Below are positions 37,729 through 45,803 of a DNA stretch of 45,803 bases, piece after piece (position 1 is the stretch's first letter; the number at the start of each line of letters is the position of its first letter). The stretch comes from Pseudomonadales bacterium (GTDB lineage: Bacteria; Pseudomonadota; Gammaproteobacteria; Pseudomonadales; Oceanobacteraceae). The notes beneath the pieces are model-generated. The model made no database searches, had not been told where the DNA came from, and saw nothing but the letters and a program-made list of their open reading frames with translations. The stretch is taken from the NCBI GenBank assembly GCA_041589295.1, contig JBFHVZ010000001.1, positions 1-45,803 on the forward strand, given 5' to 3'. A program made the translations under genes and the position numbers.

Positions 37729-37847
37729 GGTTGCTCCTTAGCCGAGGGCGCAGTATAACACCGACACGGGGGCGGTATGCACCCGCCGTCCGCTTGGGAA
37801 ACACGAGACTAAATCCAATAGATTAATGACCTTTCAAGGATGAAAGT

Positions 37848-38531
37848 ATGGCGATCAGCGATTGGCCGGAGGGCGAGCGCCCAAGGGAAAAACTTCTTAA
37901 TTTGGGTGCCCATGCACTCAGTGACGCCGAGTTGCTGGCGATCTTTTTACGCACAGGCGTGACTGGCAAAAGCGCGGTGGATCTCGCCCGCGATCTACTC
38001 ACCGACTTCGACGGTCTACGGCCGCTGTTAGAAGCAAACCAAGCACAGTTTTGTAAGCATCTAGGATTGGGGCCAGCCAAGTACGCTCAGCTGCAAGCAG
38101 TGTTGGAAATGGCACGGCGGCATTTGGGGCAAACCTTACAGCGCAGCAACGCGTTTACTAATCCGCAGGCGGTAAAGGACTTTTTGGCCAGTAAGATGCG
38201 GCACCTTCCCCATGAGGTTTTTGCCTGTTTGTTCTTAGATAGCCAGCACCGACTTATTCAGTACGAAGAGTTATTCATCGGTACCATAGACGGCGCGTCT
38301 GTATACCCTCGCGAGGTGGTAAAAAAGACGCTGGCCCACAATGCATCGGCGGTGATTTTCGCTCATAACCATCCATCTGGGGTGTCGGAGCCAAGTCGCG
38401 CCGATAAAGCCATTACACACCGCTTAGTGAGCGCGTTAGATCTTGTGGACATTCGGGTGCTAGACCATTTGGTCGTTGGCGAAGGGGAAATGGCATCGTT
38501 TAGTGAGCTAGGTCTGCTGCCTCGGCCTTAG
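37848..38531 (+). CDS. radC: RadC/JAB-domain protein
   Basis: [22 protein letters not shown]...D, VLDH. Confidence 0.95.
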   Translation: MAISDWPEGERPREKLLNLGAHALSDAELLAIFLRTGVTGKSAVDLARDLLTDFDGLRPLLEANQAQFCKHLGLGPAKYAQLQAVLEMARRHLGQTLQRSNAFTNPQAVKDFLASKMRHLPHEVFACLFLDSQHRLIQYEELFIGTIDGASVYPREVVKKTLAHNASAVIFAHNHPSGVSEPSRADKAITHRLVSALDLVDIRVLDHLVVGEGEMASFSELGLLPRP

Positions 38532-38656
38532 CTGCGGTATGATTCGCCACGGGAGTGCTTCATACTTGTGGCCTACTAAAGATGTATTTTTAGTCGTTTT
38601 ATGCCAAGCCCTGCTAAGCTTTAGCAGGGCTATCTTCCCCCTGAGTTGTGACGTAA

Positions 38657-40942
38657 ATGCGGTTTAACGTTTTTTTAGTGTGCTGCCTGCTGTGGTTGAG
38701 CAGTGCGGTAAATGCAGTACAGGTCGAGCGCAGTTTGCTGCGGATAAGCCAAGATCAGGCTGCCACCTTAGATGAGGCGTTGTCGTCTTCGTTGTGGCAA
38801 ACGGTGGACACCTTTGGCAACCATGGCTTTAGCGAAGACATCTTCTGGCTCAAGTTAGAGCTATTCCTTGCCCCCAACGAAGCACCTGCTACCCGTGTGG
38901 TTAAGCTGGCCTACCCTGTCCACGATCATGTGGATATCTATCAACTGCGTTTAGGTGTCATTGAGCAACATTGGCCCATGGGCGATGCTCGCGCGGATGC
39001 GCAGTGGGTGTTTCCGGCTAAGTTTTTCGCGGTGCCGGTGACGGTGGAACCAGGCCAAAAAACGACCCTATTGATTCGCGTTCAAGGGCACAATTCCAAG
39101 GTATTAAAGACCGATGTGCTGACCGAGGAAGCCTTTCAAAGTGACATCTTGCTGCGCAATGTGCTGTCTGGTGCGTTCTACGGCATGCTCCTTATCATGG
39201 GGTTGTACAACCTGAGTTTGGCGTTTCTGGTGCGGGACAAATCTTACTTTGTGTATGTGTCCTACGTGTTTTGTTTTGGCTTTTTGGCGCTGGCGCTCAC
39301 GGGGGATGGCCACTTTGTTTTGTGGCGTGATTACCCAAAATTTAATGAATACGCCATCATGCTGGCCGGTGGTTTGCTGGCGTTTCCGACCATTTTCTTT
39401 CCGTACTATCTGCTGAATATTCGGCAAAATGCGCCGTTCTTGCGCAAGTACTTTTTTGCCGCTGCTGTGGTCGCTCTAGTCTATGTGATCACCTTGCCGT
39501 TCATGCCCATTGAGTTGGGTCTTAAGCTGATCAACATTATTAACATTGTGACCACGTTATTCTTGTTGGGCACAGGGGTCTTCTTGACCATAAAACGGGT
39601 ACCGGTGGCGTGGATCTACACGCTGGCGTGGTCGTTTATTATTTCGGGGTTAGTGGTGTTATCGCTGGCGGCTTACAACGTGCTGCCCATGAATGATATT
39701 ACCAGTCACGCTAACTTGATCGGCGGCTTGATCGAGATGGTATTGCTGTCCGTGGCCTTGGCGCAGCGCATTCACATGGAGCGCCGCGCCAAGCTGCAAG
39801 CGCTGCAACAGGTGGCCAGTAAAGAGGCCGAAGTTCAGGAACAGCGTCGTTTGTTCCAAGACCTGTTTGAAGAGGCACCCGTGGGAGTCTGCATTATCAA
39901 TGACAAAGGACGATTATTGGCAGCCAACCCAGAGTTGTGTCGTTTGATGAATTTCAGTAGCCCAGAAGAAGCCCTGCGTCACGATGTGACTTTCCGCTCG
40001 TGTTTTTCAAATCATCTTGAATTGGAAAAAGAAGTCTTCGCCAAGGGCAAGGTGCTGGACCAAGAAACCGTTCTCACGACGATGAACGGCACCGAGCGTA
40101 TTTGCTCGGTCAGTTTGCGGGCGCGTATTCGAGCCGGTGAGGTTCAGGTCGAAGGCTACCTCACGGACATTACTGAACGTAAAGCCGCGGAGCGTATTCG
40201 CGACATGATGGAGCGAGAGCGCATGATGTCGCTGGAGCAACTGGTCACTGGCGTTGCCCACGAAATCAATACGCCACTGGGCATCAACATCACCTCGGCG
40301 TCGTGCATTCGTGACGAACTACAGCAAATTGATCAGCAAATGCAAAACGGTACGCTGAAAAAGCAGACGTTCGGTGACTTTGTGGCTTCGACCCTAAAGG
40401 CCATTGGTTTGATGGAGAGCAACCTCAACCGCATTGCCGATCTGGTGAAGCGCTTTAAAACCCTGTCGGTGCAGCACTTACACGCACAGAAAGAAGCATT
40501 TGATTTGGTCGCTTTGACAAAAAATCATTTCACCGCTGCTTTAGAAGCCATGCCCAATGTTCAGGTGCGCCTGCCCAATGCATCGCCAACCATGGTCAAC
40601 ATGGACCCTGCGGTGTGGAATATTATTTACGAACAGCTGATCGAAAACAGCCTCACCCATGGCTTTCAGGCGCAGGCCAGTGGTCACATCGCAGTGGATG
40701 TGCAGCAGCATGGAAACACGGTCAGTGTGACGTATCGCGATGACGGCCCGGGTGTGCCCTCAGAGATGCGAGACAGCTTGTTTAACCCGTTTGTGACCAC
40801 ACGTCGCGGCAATCAAGATAATGCCGGCTTGGGTTTGTACCGTGTCTACAACTTAGTGGCGCAGGTGTTAAATGGCCGTGTGAAGCTTTTGGATGAGGCG
40901 GGCTTTGTATTGCAAATCGAATTTGACGTTGAGGCGGCTTAG
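38657..40942 (+). CDS. Sensor histidine kinase (7TMR-DISMED2 + 7TM-DISM + PAS + HisKA + HATPase)
   Basis: Signal peptide, periplasmic GFSEDIFWL motif, seven TMs, PAS ending DITERK, H-box AHEINTPLG, N/G1/F/G2 boxes. Confidence 0.88.
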   Translation: MRFNVFLVCCLLWLSSAVNAVQVERSLLRISQDQAATLDEALSSSLWQTVDTFGNHGFSEDIFWLKLELFLAPNEAPATRVVKLAYPVHDHVDIYQLRLGVIEQHWPMGDARADAQWVFPAKFFAVPVTVEPGQKTTLLIRVQGHNSKVLKTDVLTEEAFQSDILLRNVLSGAFYGMLLIMGLYNLSLAFLVRDKSYFVYVSYVFCFGFLALALTGDGHFVLWRDYPKFNEYAIMLAGGLLAFPTIFFPYYLLNIRQNAPFLRKYFFAAAVVALVYVITLPFMPIELGLKLINIINIVTTLFLLGTGVFLTIKRVPVAWIYTLAWSFIISGLVVLSLAAYNVLPMNDITSHANLIGGLIEMVLLSVALAQRIHMERRAKLQALQQVASKEAEVQEQRRLFQDLFEEAPVGVCIINDKGRLLAANPELCRLMNFSSPEEALRHDVTFRSCFSNHLELEKEVFAKGKVLDQETVLTTMNGTERICSVSLRARIRAGEVQVEGYLTDITERKAAERIRDMMERERMMSLEQLVTGVAHEINTPLGINITSASCIRDELQQIDQQMQNGTLKKQTFGDFVASTLKAIGLMESNLNRIADLVKRFKTLSVQHLHAQKEAFDLVALTKNHFTAALEAMPNVQVRLPNASPTMVNMDPAVWNIIYEQLIENSLTHGFQAQASGHIAVDVQQHGNTVSVTYRDDGPGVPSEMRDSLFNPFVTTRRGNQDNAGLGLYRVYNLVAQVLNGRVKLLDEAGFVLQIEFDVEAA

Positions 40943-40958
40943 CCCCTCAACGTCTTTT
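40925..40958 (+). terminator. Terminator hairpin overlapping the kinase stop codon
   Basis: GACGTTGAGG...CCTCAACGTC-TTTT. Confidence 0.6.
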
Positions 40959-40979
40959 CCCAACGAACAACCGATTTTT

Positions 40980-41798
40980 TTAACAGCCCAGTTCGCGGCT
41001 TAATTCTTCGCTGCGGTCACTGGCCGCTTTTAATGCGGTTTTAACCAACTCTGGCAAGCCGCCGTCCACAAAGGCGTTGATCGCGCGCTCGGTTGTACCA
41101 TTCGGTGAGGTCACTTTGCGACGTAGCTCCGCCGGAGCATCTTCACTGTTCATGGCCATGGTGGCCGCGCCCAAGGCGGTTTTGAGCGTTAGCTGACGAG
41201 CGGTTTGTTCGCTCAGGCCCAGGGATTGGCCGGCGGCGATCATGGCTTCCATCAACAAAAAGTAATAGGCCGGACCAGAGCCGCTGACGGCGGTGACCGC
41301 ATCCAGTTCGCCTTCGCTGTTGACCCATACGCTGATGCCTACAGCATCCAAAATGGTTTCGGTTTGTTGTTTTTGTTCGCCAGTCACTTGTCCGTTTGCG
41401 AACAAACCGCTGGCACCCTGTTGTACCAACGCAGGGGTGTTGGGCATGCAACGTACGATGGCCAGACCACCACCGCTCCACACATCAAGGCTGTGCAAAT
41501 TAATGCCAGCCGCCACCGAAATCAGCAGCGGACGCTTTTGTTGCAGTGCGTCTTTTAATGGCGACAGCACGGCTTCCATGACTTGTGGTTTTACCGCCAG
41601 CACAACCACATCTGCTTTGTTAATGGCTTCGATATTGTCTGTGGTGCCCTGAATGCCCCACTGCTTGGAAAGTTTGCTCACCTGATCGGCGCTTGGGTCG
41701 CTGGCGATAATGTGGTCGGGGGCGATGCCGTTTTCGATCATGCCGCCCATAAGTGCGCTGGCCATGTTGCCTGCGCCGATAAATGCGATGGTGGTCAT
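40980..41798 (-). CDS. proC: Pyrroline-5-carboxylate reductase
   Basis: FIGAGNM, AVKPQ, RCMPNTP, SGSGPAY, VTSPNGTT. Confidence 0.97.
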   Translation of the reverse strand: MTTIAFIGAGNMASALMGGMIENGIAPDHIIASDPSADQVSKLSKQWGIQGTTDNIEAINKADVVVLAVKPQVMEAVLSPLKDALQQKRPLLISVAAGINLHSLDVWSGGGLAIVRCMPNTPALVQQGASGLFANGQVTGEQKQQTETILDAVGISVWVNSEGELDAVTAVSGSGPAYYFLLMEAMIAAGQSLGLSEQTARQLTLKTALGAATMAMNSEDAPAELRRKVTSPNGTTERAINAFVDGGLPELVKTALKAASDRSEELSRELGC

Positions 41799-41831
41799 TG
41801 CGAAGTCCTTAAAAATTAACTCTTCAAAATA

Positions 41832-42533
41832 TTAACTGCGGGGGCCGAACAGTGCCGTGCCGATGCGCACCATGGTGCTGCCCGCAGCGATGGCGAGCGC
41901 AAGGTCGTCGGACATGCCCATGCTGAGCGTGTCGGCTTGTGGGTAGTGTTGCTGTAACTGTTTGAGGGCCGCTGCCATTTGCTCGAACTCGGTTTTTAAT
42001 CTGAGCTGTTCAGTATCGGTGTGAGCTGGCGCAGGGATGCACATGAGACCTCGTAAGCTGAGGTTGGGTAATTGCGCAATGGCTTGCGCGAGTGCGGGTA
42101 CCTCGTCGAGAGAAATCCCTGCTTTGCTGTCTTCGGCACTGATGTTCACTTGAATGAGCACGTTTAGCGGTGGCAAATGAACAGGGCGCTGATCGTTCAA
42201 GCGCTGGGCAATTTTTTCTCGTTCTAGGGTGTGTAACCAATGAAAGTGCTCGGCAATGGCGCGGGTTTTATTGGACTGTAATGGGCCGATGAAATGCCAG
42301 TGGATGTCCTTGTATGGGCCGATCTCACTGAGGGCGATGACCTTGTCGACGCCCTCTTGTACGTAGTTCTCACCAAAGGCTCGCAAACCTTGTTGATATG
42401 CAGCTTCGATATCACTGATGGGACGGGTTTTGCTGACCGCTAATAATGTCACTTGTTGAGGACGGTTGGCGTGGGTTTCGGCCTCGAAAATAGCTTGTTT
42501 TACGCTTGCGAGACGCGCTGCAAAATCCGTCAT
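41832..42533 (-). CDS. yggS: PLP homeostasis protein YggS
   Basis: LLAVSKT, FGENYVQE, WHFIGPLQSNK, LSMGMSDD, VRIGTALFG. Confidence 0.96.
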   Translation of the reverse strand: MTDFAARLASVKQAIFEAETHANRPQQVTLLAVSKTRPISDIEAAYQQGLRAFGENYVQEGVDKVIALSEIGPYKDIHWHFIGPLQSNKTRAIAEHFHWLHTLEREKIAQRLNDQRPVHLPPLNVLIQVNISAEDSKAGISLDEVPALAQAIAQLPNLSLRGLMCIPAPAHTDTEQLRLKTEFEQMAAALKQLQQHYPQADTLSMGMSDDLALAIAAGSTMVRIGTALFGPRS

Positions 42534-42748
42534 GTACTTATTATCCGCTGTGGTTACAATGTGTCGCTATTACAAATATAAAGCAGGCTTATTCCTGTCT
42601 CGTTGGAATAAGCAGCGGTGGATTATCGCACGGTCCTGATGATGGATGAACAGGAAGCCTAGCAGGTCAGCGCCTGCAGCCTATAGTTAAAGGGACATAA
42701 CGTGCCGTCGAGGTCCTCACCATGAGTTTAGATCCAGGTATCAGTTCA

Positions 42749-43783
42749 ATGGATATTACCGAATTACTGGCGTTCTCTGCCAAGCAAGGGGCTTCCGACT
42801 TACACCTTTCTGCGGGCCTACCGCCGATGATTCGTGTGGACGGTGACGTACGCCGCATTAACCTTCCCGCGCTTGATCATAAAGAAGTGCACGCGCTGGT
42901 GTACGACATCATGAACGACAAGCAGCGCAAAGATTACGAAGAATTTCTAGAGACGGACTTTTCGTTCGAGGTGCCCGGTGTGGCGCGCTTCCGTGTGAAC
43001 GCGTTTAACCAAAACCGAGGTGCTGGTGCGGTGTTCCGTACCATCCCAACCAAGGTACTGACCTGTGATGATTTAGGCTTGGGCCAAATCTTTAAAGACT
43101 TGGCATTAAAGCCTCGCGGCTTGGTGTTAGTTACCGGCCCGACGGGTTCTGGTAAATCCACCACGCTGGCGGCCATGTTGGATTACGTTAACGAAAACCA
43201 CTACAAGCATATTCTGACCGTCGAAGACCCCATCGAATTCGTGCACCTGAGCAAAAAGTCGTTGGTCAACCAACGTGAAGTGCACCGCGATACCATGAGC
43301 TTTAACAACGCTCTAAAAAGCGCATTGCGTGAAGACCCGGACATCATTCTTGTGGGTGAGATGCGTGACTTAGAAACCATTCGCTTAGCTTTAACCGCAG
43401 CCGAAACCGGTCACTGTGTATTCGGTACTCTGCACACCACCAGCGCGGCGAAAACCGTAGACCGTATTGTCGACGTATTCCCTGCCGAAGAAAAAGCCAT
43501 GGTGCGTTCCATGTTGTCCGAATCGTTGGAAGGGGTTATTTCACAAACCCTGCTTAAAAAGAAAGGTGGCGGGCGTGTGGCCGCCCACGAAATCATGGTG
43601 GGTACGCCAGCCATCCGTAACCTGATTCGTGAAGAAAAAGTCGCGCAAATGTACAGTGCCATTCAGACTGGCGGTTCGCTGGGTATGACTACCATGGACC
43701 AGAGCTTACGCAGCTTGGTAAACAAAGGCTTGGTCACGCCAGAATCGGCGCGCGAAAAAGCCAAAAACCCAGATCAGTTTTAA
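42749..43783 (+). CDS. pilT: Type IV pilus retraction ATPase PilT
   Basis: MDITELLAF, GPTGSGKST, EDPIE, AIRNLIRE. Confidence 0.97.
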   Translation: MDITELLAFSAKQGASDLHLSAGLPPMIRVDGDVRRINLPALDHKEVHALVYDIMNDKQRKDYEEFLETDFSFEVPGVARFRVNAFNQNRGAGAVFRTIPTKVLTCDDLGLGQIFKDLALKPRGLVLVTGPTGSGKSTTLAAMLDYVNENHYKHILTVEDPIEFVHLSKKSLVNQREVHRDTMSFNNALKSALREDPDIILVGEMRDLETIRLALTAAETGHCVFGTLHTTSAAKTVDRIVDVFPAEEKAMVRSMLSESLEGVISQTLLKKKGGGRVAAHEIMVGTPAIRNLIREEKVAQMYSAIQTGGSLGMTTMDQSLRSLVNKGLVTPESAREKAKNPDQF

Positions 43784-43849
43784 CCCGTAATTAAATCGTT
43801 AACCTGTTCCAACGAGTGGCCCGCTGGGCACCAGTAGAAAGAGACGCTG

Positions 43850-44962
43850 ATGGATATCGAAAAACTTTTACGACTGATGATCGAAAAATCCGCATCGGAT
43901 TTATTCATCACAGCGGGTATGCCGCCCAGTATGAAAGTGCATGGCCGAATTCACAGCGTGACCAAAACACCGTTAAGCCCGGACCAAACGCAGGACATCA
44001 TTTACAACATGATGAGCCCGCAACAAAAAGCCGAGTTCGAAGATAAAAAAGAACTCAACTTTGCGGTCAGTGCCAGCGGAGTCGGTCGTTTTCGTGCTAG
44101 CGCGTTTTTCCAGCGCAACCTCGTGGGCATGGTGTTGCGTCGCATCGAAACACGCATTCCACAAATTGATCAGCTGGGTTTACCCGAAGTCATTAAAGAA
44201 ATTGCCATGAGCAAGCGCGGCTTGGTGTTGTTCGTGGGTGCCACCGGCACGGGTAAATCCACTTCGTTGGCATCCATGATTGGCTTTCGTAATCAAAACA
44301 GTCGCGGCCATATCATCAGCATCGAAGACCCCATTGAATATATGCACCAGCATCAAGGCTGCATCGTGACGCAACGGGAAGTCGGTCTGGACACGGACAG
44401 TTTTGAAGTAGCACTTAAAAACACCCTGCGTCAGGCGCCGGATGTCATCATGATTGGTGAGGTGCGTACGGCTGAAACCATGAACCACGCCATTACGTTT
44501 GCCGAAACCGGTCACCTATGTTTGGCTACCTTGCATGCTAATAACGCTAACCAAGCGTTGGACCGTGTGATTCACTTTTTCCCGCCGGAACAGCATTCAC
44601 AAATCTGGATGGATTTGTCGCTGAACTTAAAAGCCATCGTTGCTCAGCAACTGGTACCAACACCCGATGGCAAAGGTCGCCGTGCGGTCGTAGAAGTCTT
44701 GATTAATACGCCATTGGTGGCGGACTTGATTCGCAAAGGCGAAGTGCATGAACTCAAAGCCTTGATGACCAAATCCAATGAACTGGGCATGCAGACCTTC
44801 GACCAGGGCTTATACAAACTATATCAAGCGGGCGAAATCACATACGAAGATGCGCTGTCCCATGCAGACAGTGCCAATGACTTGCGTTTGATGATCAAGC
44901 TTGCTTCGGAAGACGCAGAGCAACTCACCACTGCCACCCGTGGTTTAACCCTTCAAGATTAA
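43850..44962 (+). CDS. pilU: Type IV pilus ATPase PilU
   Basis: ASDLFIT, GATGTGKST, LHANNANQALDR; directly follows pilT. Confidence 0.96.
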   Translation: MDIEKLLRLMIEKSASDLFITAGMPPSMKVHGRIHSVTKTPLSPDQTQDIIYNMMSPQQKAEFEDKKELNFAVSASGVGRFRASAFFQRNLVGMVLRRIETRIPQIDQLGLPEVIKEIAMSKRGLVLFVGATGTGKSTSLASMIGFRNQNSRGHIISIEDPIEYMHQHQGCIVTQREVGLDTDSFEVALKNTLRQAPDVIMIGEVRTAETMNHAITFAETGHLCLATLHANNANQALDRVIHFFPPEQHSQIWMDLSLNLKAIVAQQLVPTPDGKGRRAVVEVLINTPLVADLIRKGEVHELKALMTKSNELGMQTFDQGLYKLYQAGEITYEDALSHADSANDLRLMIKLASEDAEQLTTATRGLTLQD

Positions 44963-44967
44963 TAAAA

Positions 44968-45037
44968 GAGAGACGCTAAACGGGAGACGGAAAACGCAAT
45001 CCTATTAGCGTCTTCCGTCTCCCGTTTGGCATTTAGC
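44968..45037. repeat. Inverted heptamer arrays forming a long hairpin
   Basis: GAGAGAC GCTAAAC GGGAGAC GGAAAAC ... GTCTTCC GTCTCCC GTTTGGC ATTTAGC. Confidence 0.6.
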
Positions 45038-45039
45038 GA

Positions 45040-45423
45040 ATGATGAAAAAACTCTTACCCGTTATCGCCGCTATTTTATTTGTGGTTTTTGCCTACGTGG
45101 CCTATCAGTACCAACAAAATGCCAGCGCGGCATTGGAGCAAATTCAACAAGACAAACATTGGTTGCGCGAAACCTTACCGCAACAGCAGGCAGATAAACG
45201 CGGCCCATTTACCGAACCAGCCCATCACGAAAAGAAATGGGTGCAAACCGAGTTGGTGCAACAAGGTGTGAATGACAATCGCATGTTCGTGCGCATCTAC
45301 AACAGCTTGTTTATTTTGAATGGCCAGCGCAGTTGCTTGCGTACTGCGCTGGTGTATCCCCAACGTCAAATCACCATTGACGATCAACGCTGGTTAAACG
45401 ACGGCGAGAGTTGTTTGCCTTAA
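45040..45423 (+). CDS. Hypothetical membrane-anchored protein
   Basis: N-terminal TM/signal segment, two Cys; no recognised motif. Confidence 0.55.
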   Translation: MMKKLLPVIAAILFVVFAYVAYQYQQNASAALEQIQQDKHWLRETLPQQQADKRGPFTEPAHHEKKWVQTELVQQGVNDNRMFVRIYNSLFILNGQRSCLRTALVYPQRQITIDDQRWLNDGESCLP

Positions 45424-45508
45424 GCTTCAAACACCGCAGCCCAACAACTTAATCGAATCTACTTCAGCAGTTGATTTCGGTTCGACAATGTTTGGATAGC
45501 CCCTAGAA

Positions 45509-45803
45509 ATGGAATTCATTACATCTGAAGCATTTGAGCCAAGCCTTCTTTTGGCTTTGTTTTTTGTTGCCTTGTTTGCAGGGTTTATTGATACAGTTGC
45601 TGGTGGTGGCGGTCTACTTACGATCCCTGCTTTGTTATTGGCTCAAGTTCCTCCTATTCAGGCATTAGCGACCAATAAACTACAGGCGTCGTTTGGTACT
45701 TTTTCTGCGGCAATGACCATGGTTAAGCGTGGTCAAGTAAACCTAAAACAATTACGTATCACGTTACTTTACTGTTTTATAGGGGCGGTATTGGGGACTT
45801 GGC
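45509..45803 (+). CDS. TSUP (TauE/SafE, YfcA-like) transporter, truncated by the window end
   Basis: Hand translation MEFITSEAFEPSLLLALFFVALFAGFIDTVAGGGGLLTIPALL...ALATNKLQASFG; absent from the ORF track because it has no stop in the window. Confidence 0.88.
   Translation, partial: MEFITSEAFEPSLLLALFFVALFAGFIDTVAGGGGLLTIPALLLAQVPPIQALATNKLQASFGTFSAAMTMVKRGQVNLKQLRITLLYCFIGAVLGTW

Noticed and set aside
37848-38531. radC as a marker of a mobile or anti-restriction island
   Set aside because: Full-length chromosomal type at the canonical position divergent from coaBC.
42600-42748. Rsm/Csr sRNA or CsrA sites upstream of pilT (several GGA)
   Set aside because: Only about four GGA words, not clearly in hairpin loops, and no terminator.

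Overview
Chromosomal, mostly core-genome segment of a marine gammaproteobacterium. Gene content and order resemble Pseudomonas and Oceanospirillaceae (inference, not a database result). Housekeeping blocks: dinD (partial), yheV, prlC, yrdA-like, polA-DUF2782-thrB, GGDEF-dsbA-cytochrome c4-c5-engB, htpX, dinF/SCO, znuA/znuCB, slmA-argB-algC-dut-coaBC-radC, proC-yggS-pilT-pilU and a partial TSUP transporter. Accessory insertions: an AraC regulator with a secreted CocE/NonD hydrolase preceded by a perfect CRP box, a signal-peptide ATP-dependent DNA ligase (LigE type), an unknown outer-membrane barrel and an orphan 7TM-DISM histidine kinase. The most interesting items are (1) a four-gene putative iron-uptake locus (DUF4856 lipoprotein, imelysin-like lipoprotein, His-box sterol-desaturase-family membrane enzyme, TonB-dependent receptor) with Fur-like boxes and a His-rich uORF candidate; (2) an unannotated ~170-nt sRNA candidate with repeated UCUCCCC(C)AAUG anti-SD loops at 18249-18417; (3) an EgtD homologue that appears to have lost its SAM- and histidine-binding residues; (4) a four-way-junction leader in front of a conserved hypothetical gene; (5) several small repeat families, including a ~127-bp ERIC-like MITE ending in the polA stop codon. 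I saw no rRNA, tRNA, CRISPR, transposase or prophage genes. All calls come from reading the sequence and recalling motifs; no searches were run.
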